Of a DNA stretch of 64,000 nucleotides, positions 53,363-64,000 are shown one piece after another. Within the stretch, counting starts at the first letter, position 1. Each line of letters begins with the position of its first letter. The stretch comes from Azolla caroliniana (lineage: Eukaryota; Plantae; Polypodiophyta): contig JBHGNT010000003.1 in assembly GCA_043228905.1 (NCBI GenBank), positions 24,614,001-24,678,000 of the forward strand. Reading direction: 5' to 3'. The notes under the pieces were generated by a model. It saw nothing but the letters and a program-made list of their open reading frames with translations. It was not told the origin of the DNA and searched no databases. A program made the position numbers and the translations under genes.

Positions 53363-53561
53363 AATGCTTGGAAGACATGTGTTGGTTCCCCAACTTCGTT
53401 AAAAATTGTTTGTCTCAAGCTCAACATATGTTGGTTATGATGTAGTCTACCAAACTTAAGGTGCAAGAATCCACAACATTAACATGAGTCAAGTCGTTGA
53501 ATTTGTGAACCAAAATGACAAATTGTTTGAATGAATGATGTTAGTGGTAGAAAATGTGTCT

Positions 53562-53706
53562 ATAGCATAAAATGTAAAGCTGGGGCATTGTCCCTTTGGG
53601 TACATAAGTTTCATGGATATTGACGTTGCCGAACGTCACATAGCATAAAATGTAAAGTTGGGGCATTGTCCCTTTGGGCACTTAAGTCTCATGGATATTG
53701 ATGTTG
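53562..53706. repeat. ~79-bp tandem duplication
   Basis: atagcataaaatgtaaag(c/t)tggggcattgtcccttt...catggatattga(c/t)gttg occurs twice. Confidence 0.85.
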
Positions 53707-55135
53707 AACATGAACTATGAGCCTTGCATAATGCGAATATAAAAACAAAAGAAAATAGACAGGCTAATAGACAACTTGATTGGTTTTGATGACATTCTCA
53801 TGAAATGTGAACCTTGCATGATGGGAAGAATCACAAATAAACAAAAGAAGAGGAAGAAATGGTCACAAACAATATGAATATGCAAATGAAAATCTCTCTT
53901 CGTTGTGAGAAGCCTAACACCAACCTAACACCAACTTTAGAAATTGGAAATAAAATATGACACAAATTCCTTCTACATTGATGATGCCCTTGACACCAAT
54001 AACCGACTCTGTATACACCAACTACCCAAAATGGAAACAAGGGGTAGGCCACACCACACAGTCCCTAACCTCATTGTTGCATGATCACATGTTAGGATAA
54101 ATTCAAGATACAAAGATAGCAAGGGAGGAATGGATAAATCTTTTGCATATGTCCACCACCAACACAACTACACATAAGCTTAAACTTTGGCGAGAATTCA
54201 ATGGTTTGTATGTCTATCAATGAATGCATCATGAAAATAATAAGCCTATGATATTCTCTTGCATCACATGTGGTCAACATGAAAGAGATGGTGCAAATAT
54301 ACTACAATGGTTTATAGGAATGATCTGGGTTGCTTAGAACCACTACTGTCATGAGAGACACATTGCTTTCATTCTCCAACCTAGAATCAATCATCAACTT
54401 GAAGGCCTCTACAAATATGTATACTTATGGTCAATGGTGGATGATCATGATAAACCTCCCTATGTTAAGGACAAACGTAAGAATGCAAATTGGAATTGAT
54501 AATCACCGTACATGTGCAGAGCTCCATTTAATTGGCACGACAAGTGCGAGACAATTCTCGATAAATGTGACATGGATAAAGTCGATGGTTGTTGGACTAG
54601 TTGGATGCGCGTGACAACACACTAACCTTGTGCAACAAGCTCGATGATTGACGTGATAATTACAACTTGAATGATGAATTGCTCAAGTGTGTGGTCTAAG
54701 ATCCAAATGTTGATAGGAATGTTGACCCACTTGATCGATTACGTTGCTCAAACGGGCTAAAGGATTGTCCACAACCAACAACTAATTTCATGGAAGTACA
54801 TTCACATGCAACATGACTACATCTCATAATGTATCATTGTAGGAGATGGGAATCTTCGACATATTCAAGTAAGTCGTATGATGATGGATACTTACACTAA
54901 AATGCTCGGAGACAACAAACATTAACTATTTTGGAAGGCACCTATAGCCTTTGTCTACTTGATTTTCCCGAGTTTTAGGGGGACTGAAGAAAGCATACCA
55001 AGCTCGTCATATGGATGACCTACAACACATCTGAGTTTGAACGGATAGTTGACCTATTAAGCTCAATCATCAAGTGTGTTGTTTATGGGGTTGGGGGGCG
55101 GAGCTATTCTAGGCTCCACCCCCCTCCGAAGGGGT

Positions 55136-55161
<26 letters not shown>

Positions 55162-55167
<6 letters not shown>

Positions 55168-58100
55168 GTTTTTATTGTTGTGCTCTCTATCTGTAACGGA
55201 ATTGAGCATAAAGACATGCGTTAGAAAGCCCTCGATTAGAGCTTTGTAACGAGATATAACAAGTTAAATTTGGTGTTCTGTGCAAGAAGCAACGATAGAA
55301 ATAAGGAATCTTGTGTTGTTGGCATCCACATACTCAACACACCTTGCTGGTCTTCTATTGTATTCATCATCTTCGACCTCTTCAACCGGGTGAGTTCCAA
55401 TTATCTTTCTTGTTCATGGAAAGTTGTTTTTATCCCGGATCGCTATCACATCAAGAATAATGAATATGAACATGAATTCCTCTCAAATTGTGGGGGACAT
55501 CGATATGGAAACAATTGATCCAAAAAAGAGTAATGTGATGGTTGAATGTAATCGTGAAAGGGAAGACATTGGAAGCTCTAAGATGTTTAAGGGTATTGAG
55601 GAAATGTATGAGAAAAAAGCGACATATGCCAAAGTAATACATGCAAATGAGGTTGACAAGGATCATTGTAATTGGGATAATTTATGGGGAATTGCCAATA
55701 CCTTGTTGTATGATATTGTGGAAGAAAATGAAAATTCCACGAAAGAATGCATTGAGGAGGATGTGCATGATGTACAACTTGATGCTAAGGCATTGTTGCA
55801 ATCTTTTGATGTATTCTATGATCGTGCGGTTATATTGTTTTTTACCGGGAAACTCCCATACATTAATTGGATTAAACAATGGTTGAACACAATCGTGTCA
55901 CCAAATTGTGTTGAAAATATATATGCAGGACCACAAGGGTTTTATGATGTAGTGTTTCGTTCACCGGAACATCGAAGTGCATTGTTGGCTAAAGTTCCTG
56001 TGTTTTTTGATAAACGATTGGTACATGTAATGCAATGGTTCCCCGTTGTGGACTATCGTGCTTTGTTAAAACAATAAACCCTCGTTCGGGTAATAGTGGA
56101 TTGTAAGCATGCTTTTTTATGGACACTTTTACCAGAGTTGATGAGTCAAATGGGTAAAGTGTTTGTATCTCCACATGCAAATGCTATAAATAAGTGTAGA
56201 TTTTGTGTGTTATGGGATACCAATCGTAAGAGGCCAAGATGGGTGCATATGAACACACTTGGAATGAAAATACTTTGTTTTAAATTGAAATGGGAGACAT
56301 TTGTAGGTCATTGTTTTGGACGTGGTGAATGGGGTTCCTTTATGGCGGAATGCCATCGTCATTGTCCTTCAACTATAGAGGTTCCTAATGAAGGGAATGA
56401 TAAGGAAGGAGTTGGGAGAGATGTTGGTGTGTCAAATATTGTGGTTGTTATGGATGAAGGAACATCATCTAGAGCAGGTTATAACGAGGTTCACTTCAAG
56501 GTTTGGGCCCTAAGAATAATGGAGTTCAATCTATGGATATGGAAAAACAAGGTTTGATGGTTATAGACAAGGGAAAAAACCGTTGGATAGAACTAGTAGT
56601 GATGTTGTTGCTGAAAAGGATTGGCATCATGTTAAGGGCAAGTTGAAGGGGAAATCAATGAATATGCAATGTAATAGTTTGCCCACTACTCGTGAGACTA
56701 CTTGGAAAGGTAATTCAGGAACTAGGGAGGGTCCTCGAAAAGTTCCTTGTCATTTAAGACAATTTAGGGATCATAAAGGATTACCCCTTCACCTTCAATT
56801 TGATTCATTGGGACGGGTTGTAAATTCATCAAATTCTCAAGGTTTTCGTCAAGTGAGAGAACCTAAACAAAATATTTCGATAGACGGCCCTAAGGATGTG
56901 GTGCATGAAAATCCATATGCAACATTGGAACATGCTTTGACTAGTTTCATGACATTGGTTGTTCTGAAGGAGCAAGTGCACCCATAACATTGTTGATTGA
57001 ATGAAAGTGGTCACATGGAATGTGAGAGGGGCATGTTCTCCTCATAAGAAGTATATATTATGGCAAACTTTGTTAAGTAAAGAATGGGATGTATTATGTG
57101 CAGTTGAGCATAAGTGTCATGAGTTAGGAGGATCCACAATTCATTTGCGTGGATATATCATCCTTCTATGCAAGACATCGTAATAATCATTATTCAGGTG
57201 TGGTATTAATCGTGCGAGATAAATATTATCCTCAGGTGGTGCACAATGATCCTTATGGTCGGTTTTTTGTTCTAGAAATCACTTTTTTTGGCGAGGTTGT
57301 GTGGGTGGTTGGGATTTATGCCCCTAACCAAACCACTCAACGTATTGCATTATGGGGCTCACTCCGTCAAACCCTTTGTGTGGGTCGTCCAAGATTACTT
57401 ATGGGTGATTTTAACATGTGTGTTGATGCATCTCAATCTACGTTTGAACATTCAATCATGGATGATCCTGAGCAACTTGCGTGGGATTCATTGGCTATGG
57501 AGGTTCTGAAGTTGGATGTTTGGACATGGTTGCATGGGAATGATCCAAGTTTTACTTTCCAATCCGCTCAACATAGACAAACATGGAGTCAGTTAGATAG
57601 AATGTATGTGATGCACAATGATTCTTTTTTACCGACATCATTTCGTATGATAGTTTTACAAGATGTAGGAACTTCAGATCACTTTCCTATTTGTTTGGAG
57701 GTTTGTGGTCATGCAATTGACATGTATAAGTCTTTACTTGGAAAGCCTCCATTACGCTTTAACTCTTCTCTTTTGCTTCAACCTCATTTTGACTCTCTCA
57801 TGGAACAAATTTTGGTAAAATTTTCACAATAAGTGAATCTTAAAGGAGTTAAAGCATTGGATATCACATTACGAAACATTACGATCATTCATCTTATGTA
57901 TGGAGTAACTAATGCTCAATGAAGAAGATGTATTCTTTGTCAATTCTCACAAGTTCTTTCCAGGTGTAATGCATTATTGATACATGCACCATTAGATGAG
58001 GAGCTTTTGGATATCCAAAATCAATTGCATGTTATTATTTCTCAGTTGCAATGCCAAAATTATCGTTATGCGAAGATGCGACAATTGAGGGATGGGCTCA

Positions 58101-60880
58101 TAGATAATCAATGTTAATCTCATTTGTTTTTCCAAGCGTTACATCCAACTTATAATCGATCTAATGTGGTACATGTTAAGCAAGGGGATGAATGACTAGT
58201 GGATCCTACTACAATAATTGACTTATGTGTTCATTACTTTAAGGAATTGATTGCCCCACAATTGTTAATGACAAATGAGGTGAGTAGAGCACGTCATGAG
58301 TTTTATGATGTGGTTGGATGTATTGTGCATGACCTAATTAGTCATGAATTGGATGCGGATTTCACTGAGGATGAGGCATTTTCCTAGTGGTAAGAGCCCC
58401 AGTTGGGATGGCTTGAAAAATAAAGTTTTTAAGAGATATTCGAACATTTTAAAGGGGCCCTTAACTTTGATGTTTCAACATTCTTGGGATTCTGGTCGTA
58501 TGCCTCGAGCTTGGAAGGTAGGTCTAATTAAATTAGTTCTAAAGGTGGCATCTCCAGAGTCATTTCATCAATGGAGACCTATTTCTTCGACGGGGGGTTG
58601 TATAAGATATTTACAAAGGTCTTGGCAAATAGATTACCAAAGTTGATACATCCTGCCCAATATGGTTTTATTGCAGGTAGGAATAAATTGCATAATGTGT
58701 TGAACGTTCAAATGGCCATGGATTATGCTCGAAACACTCATCAAGAATTGATTATGGTGCAATTAGATTTGGAGAAAGCTTATGATCATGTTAATTGGTC
58801 CTTTGTTTCTAGGTTAATGCATACAATGGGCTTTGGACCTTGTATGTCTCGCCTCATATTTTTATTAGGACAAGATGCGACATCTCGAGTAATGCTGAAT
58901 GGGGGAGTTACATAAGATATTGCCCTCACAAGATCTGTTCGTCAAGGATGCCCTATTAGTCCATTGTTGTTTGCTATTGTTACTCATTCCTTGTAGTGAT
59001 GTTATCCAAGCTAGCAACAAATGGTGATATTGTGGGTCTACACCTTCTGTCTGGAGGGCAACTAGTAGGACAAGCTTTGGCTGATGATTCTTTCATGTTT
59101 CTACAAGCCTCACGAGAGAATCTTGAGAAGGAGATGCTTGTATGGAACCAATTTGCACTGGCTTCCGGATTACATATTAATTGGAGGAAGTCTAGTCTCA
59201 TATCATGTACTGAAAGGGATTTGGAATGTTTAGGATGGCAAGGATCCGTGGTGAAGAAAGGCTCTATTTTTCGACACTTGGGCTATCCATTAGGAATGAA
59301 TGTTACAAATGGTCAATTGATTAAGTGGATGTCTAGTAAGTTGAGGGATAAGTTCATGTATTGGAAGTCACAATCTTGGCCATTTCATGTACGCTTGAAG
59401 GTTGTACAATGTATAATGGAACCCATGATATTATATTACTTGCCATTGTTGCCATGGACAAAGAAGGCTTTGCATTCTATTTTGCAACCTCTTCAATATT
59501 TGTTGTGGAAGAAGAGGGATAAGATGGGAATCACTTGGGTTGCATGGAATCATCTAGCAACCCCTAAGCGCTTGGGGGGAACCGGAATATTGAACTTATC
59601 TAAGTATATGATGGCTTGTAGATTTTCATTATTACAAGACATGTGTTCAAACTCACAACCATGGATATCTATTGTTCAATATTTCATTGAGAACAAGGGT
59701 TTAACACATGGGAGGACAACGATTAAGGCTTCATGGTGGCAATCACTGAATATATGTATTTCACTTAGGATTCCGGGCTCTACATGTGTTCAACACTTGG
59801 TTACCTCATGGCAAGAAGCACTCTTGTTATGTGTATGGAAACCATAATCTAGTAGAGAGCATTGTAATTCTTTGCAAAAAGAGTTGCTTGTGTCTTCTCG
59901 GTTATTATGTTGGCCAGGAAATGAGAGATTGCGCTCTCAATTTAATCGTTTGTTTCGTTTGGGGGTCAAAGACGTGGGAGATATTGTTGAGGCTCCATCT
60001 CAAAGAATTTTGGAGTTTATTGAAGCGCGACAATTATTACGCATTCCGCCTAATTATGGGTTTATTTGGCAACAACTACAAAATATTGCATTGATGCAAG
60101 GTCCCTTACCTCTACAAACAAGAGAACAACCGTGGATTGATTGGTGTTTAAAGGGTCAAACGTTATTGTTACAAGTGACTACTAATCTTTTGTATCATTG
60201 CTCTATTGAGTATCTTGGATGGTTATCATCTAAGGCTAAAGAAGAATGGAGATTACACAAATATGATCATGGGTGGTGGTAGATCTTACAACGTAGTTGG
60301 CATTCTAAATTGCCACTTGTAGCAAAGGTCTTCATTTGGAGAGTTTTGATTGGAGGATTGCCTTTGGGATTAGCTCTAAAGCGTCGTGGATTAGTAACGG
60401 GTAATTGTTTCTTTTGCACTGTTCAAATGGAAGATAGTACTCATCGATTTATACAATGTCCGATTGCTTGTCAGATTTGGAGTTACATTCCTCAAATTTG
60501 GCAATTTTTATCACGATGTTATTTGACTCCTAGATAGTGGGTGTTTGCACAATTTATACAGGTTGACCCAAAGTCAGAGATGGATATCATTTTTCTATTT
60601 CTGAGATATTGGGGATTGCGTCATAATTGGAATATGCGCAATGCTTTTGTATTTGATGTTAGACATGGAGTGAAAGCATATCTACGAAAGTTGAAGGGAG
60701 TACTAATGTGAGCAAGTGGAAATTCTTTCCTCGGTGGAGTGTTCGTCTTGCCTATTGGCTATTCAACATGTTCCACTACCCATGTAGTGTAGTTAGTGGG
60801 TGACCATACTTCATTGTCACACCCATTGTAAGTAGTGTTTTTTACACACATTTATTAATATAATTGTTTGTTTTCGCCAA
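55162..60880 (+). mobile_element. Near full-length decayed L1-clade LINE (ORF1 plus ORF2 with EN, RT and zf-RVT), flanked by (GA)n on both sides
   Basis: ORF1 remnants at ~55450-56987 with a degenerate Zn knuckle (HCFGRGEWGSFMAEC). ORF2 from 57001: MKVVTWNVRG, IYAPN, GDFN, LDRMY, SDHFPI (APE endonuclease); WRPIS, QYGFIAGR, LDLEKAYDHVNW, RQGCPISPLLF, ALADD (RT); KVFIWR...CFFC...HRFIQC (zf-RVT). Many stops and frameshifts. Confidence 0.95.
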
Positions 60881-60930
60881 AGAGAGAGAGAGAGAGAGAG
60901 AGAAGTATATAATAGAGAGGTGAGGAAGTT

Positions 60931-60990
60931 GGGTTTCGATCCCACAACACAGTGCTTGAAGTGCTAACAACTTACCACTAGGGTAAGGTA
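60931..60990 (-). mobile_element. tRNA-derived SINE-like head, family A
   Basis: Minus strand reads taccttaccctagtggtaagttgttagcac...gtgggatcgaaaccc (A-box-like and B-box-like). First 26 nt identical to 7914-7939. Lies between two (GA)n tracts. Confidence 0.6.
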
Positions 60991-61027
60991 ATTACGATAG
61001 AGAGAGAGAGAGAGAGAGAGAGAACTT

Positions 61028-61308
61028 ATTGTTTTTCATTCATGCCCCATATGGGGTTATATAGGTAAAACGAGAGCTACACGTCCATGAGATATGTAGG
61101 GGTGCATATCCCTCTAGCCATCCACACACATCTTGTCACACTCTTTCATATATACACACATGCAACTTCTTCTTGTTTTTCATTCATGTCCCATATGGGG
61201 TTATATAGTTACAATGAGGGTTACACATCCATAAAATATGTAGGGGTGCATATCCCTCTAGCCATCCACACGCATCTTGTCACACTCTTTCATATCTACA
61301 CACATGCA
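61028..61308. repeat. Tandem duplication (~143-bp period)
   Basis: ttgtttttcattcatg...atatgtaggggtgcatatccctctagccatccacac...cttgtcacactctttcatat occurs twice. Confidence 0.9.
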
Positions 61309-62593
61309 CACGTGTGCATGTGTGTTCATACACGCACAAACTCACGAACGAACATACTCACACTCACACTCACTCTTGTGCACATTTGCACATACACAAC
61401 AAAATTCATACATAGACCATCCATGTACCTCTTGTACGGATAACATGTGCATGTGATTGATAAGTACTAGGTGCTCTTGTGAGGCTCGTCTTTGTGATAC
61501 CTTGTTGATCTTGATTTAGAAGGTGTCTGAAAGCAAGCTCACCTCGTATATTTTTGGTGCATTATGATGTTAGAGTGTGATTAAGATGAATACAAAAATC
61601 CTTATTTGTAGTGAAAGAGTGAGTAGTGGCAAAAGCAAATCGTGGCATATACTGAAATCACTCTAACTTGAAGAATGGTGATAATAAGCATTCGGTTTTG
61701 CCTCAAATCTTAAACAATCACTTTTCTACTCAAGGAACCTAATGCTCTAATCTCTACTAAAGGAACCCTGATGTTTGATTCTATGTTCAAGAAGAGATTT
61801 TCATGAAAATCATATGAGTAGAGGTGCAAATGTCTGGAAGGGCAATCAAGAAGGCAAGCAAGAGATCGAGTGAGTTAATGGGGAAATGGGCAATTGAGGG
61901 TGAGTGGATTCGAAGGAGACTCGGGAGGTAGTCTCAAGCAAAACCTTAAGAGGCGAGAGGACATAGTTGCAACTCATGAACTCAAGGTGAGAAACAAGGG
62001 AGGGAACATAAGGGAATACAAGAGATCAACGAGATCGATGATACAACGATGGTTGATGTCCCAAGAATGGTACTGACTGACTTGAGATCAACTGAACAAT
62101 TACCCTTTCACACATCACCATATGTATAATGCAGGCGACCTCACATGAATCTGTAACTATAACGATCCTCAAGACCTCAAGATTTATGAACCATACAATC
62201 GAGTCGTTGACAATACAACCTTACAATCCTCCTATGGCGCAAGGCAGCCTCGAGGAAGGTCTGATCGGTGTTCGCTTTCTACAGTTGGCCAAGGAAAGGG
62301 AGTGAGATTTCCGTGGTATTCTCTCTATTGGGGAGCTGGAGAAAGAGGTCTGAGTACGAGGTTTGGAGAATTGTGGAGACATATAGGGGTAAGAAAGAGT
62401 CTCGATGGAGTTGTTGGGTCTTGAGAACATGGGAGAGGGGTATGTTCTGGAATTTGGGAAAATTAAGAGGGTCTATATTTGTAAATAGACGAAAGTATTT
62501 GGCCTTACTATTACGGGTCTTCTTTCTGTTCTCTGACACGCACGAGAGAGACAGAGACGACAGAGACAGAGACAGAGACAGAGACAGAGAGCC

Positions 62594-63973
62594 ATGGAGT
62601 TCTTTCGTTCTGCTGTGAGTGCGGTGCGCATGATCCGTCTCAGAGGGATTCTGTGAGTTTCTATGTACTTATACGTATTTTATGCACCCACGATTACACT
62701 ATTCAGATATCGCATCCGCTGTTTTTTTGTCTTTCCATTGCAAATACACCTGATGTCTTATCAAATAACCCTGCTTAAGCTTGCCTTCTGTGTTTTCTTC
62801 TTCTTCTAATTCATCTTCTAAATTCCTTATATTTCTCCTTTTATTGCTATTATTAGGCAAACCATGATGTTTGTCTTAATGGTAAATGCCCTTCCCAAAA
62901 CATTCGAGAATGACCAAAGTACCCTCAATAACAAGCACTTACTAACTACAGAGGGTCACTCTGATAGTATTCAACAACGTAGAAGTATTACTCTTAAACG
63001 CCCAACGAGTTCGTGTTTTTCGGTGATTTGTGTCCCTTTTTCCCATTCTTCCGCTTCAGTCAAAATTTGGGCTCTCTTTCATGCTATGTCCTTATTTCTG
63101 AATATAGTTTCGCTTTAGGTAAATGTCCTTTAAAACACATGAAACCTTACATACATTCATGAAGCTCCACATTTGAATACTACAAGCTAATTGAGGGCAT
63201 GATGATATGAATCTCACAAAATGTATGTGTTTTGTGAAGGAAGAGGTTTTAGTGATTGGTTTATTGAAAGAAGCAACATGAATCATTTGGTTTTGTCATC
63301 ACAACACTCACAATTTGATTCATAATTTGCATTACTAATATCCATACATTTTCATTTATAATTCTTTGCAATATACACTTTAATGCTTGCATATGTATAA
63401 AAAATGTACAACCCTTTTCTCAAAGAAGCTGAGCTCTATTCGTAGATTCTTCTTTGTCTTAAGAGAAATTGTAACTTTTAGTTTGTACAATTCAATTCCA
63501 ACTCTGCTGAATGTATATCCTCAACTAACTGAGAGTCTTAATGTGTGCCCCGCCATTTTGTCTTTCAGGGCTTGTCTTCGAGATGGCAATGTTATGTAAG
63601 TATGCACGTTTAAACCTGTTTAATTAAAAGGGAAACTACATTCCATACTCTGCTCTTTAACCTTATTTTAGACTTGTTTAATTAAAAGGGAAACTACATT
63701 GCATACTCATGGAGCGACACTTGTTGGAATTGACAAGTTTGGAAACAAATATTATGAAAAGCTAGGAGCACAGTTTGGTAAGTATTTATTTTCAGTTTCA
63801 AGATCATTGAGATGGTTGAGAAATGTTTTGTTGTCTAATTTTATGTTGACTAATGCTGTACAGGAAGACACAGATTTGTAGAATATGCTGATGTAGATAA
63901 CTATGATGCATCATCGGTACCACCTGACTGGCATGGATGGTTGCATTATATTACAGACTATAAATCTGATGAG
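62594..63973 (+). CDS. NDUFA12: NADH dehydrogenase (complex I) subunit NDUFA12/B17.2, exons 1-4; gene continues beyond the window
   Basis: Exons 62594-62652, 63569-63595, 63689-63777, 63864-63973 give [95 protein letters not shown], with the GxDxxGNKYY and VPxxWHGWLH motifs. Confidence 0.92.
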
Positions 63974-64000
63974 GTGGGTTCTTGAGTGAGAGAGTAATGC

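Noticed and set aside
61492-62225. Possible LTR with a PBS-like tgtgatacc upstream of NDUFA12
   Set aside because: PBS match is poor and there is no second LTR or coding remnant; not supportable from this window.

Overview
AT-rich eukaryotic (land-plant) genomic DNA with GT-AG introns, many microsatellites and decayed transposons. A fern or other plant with flagellated sperm is suggested by a full-length CFAP298 gene (inference). Five host genes are supported: an intronless 460-aa orphan ORF with a 78-bp internal repeat (-); an 11-exon WDR20/DMWD-family WD40 gene (+); a 7-exon CFAP298 gene (+); a convergent MAK/ICK/MHK-family kinase with a TDY activation loop (-); and the first four exons of NDUFA12 (+, runs off the window). 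Mobile DNA includes a near full-length decayed L1 LINE plus two 3' fragments of related L1s, a chromoviral Ty3/gypsy integrase fragment, two RTE-X-like LINE 3' ends, LTR relics, a 2.6-kb TIR element with subterminal repeats, and tRNA-derived SINE-like heads. The most notable unannotated signal is a minimal type I hammerhead ribozyme motif at 25711-25768. It has an intact catalytic core and a palindromic minimal stem III, sits just behind a TATA box and a CTACCCCTC array, and has the architecture typical of Penelope-like retroelement terminal repeats. Other notable points are repeated association of LINEs with (GA)n tracts, a ~215-bp inverted repeat upstream of two divergent genes, and a 76-bp intronic foldback. 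All calls come from reading the sequence; no database searches were run.
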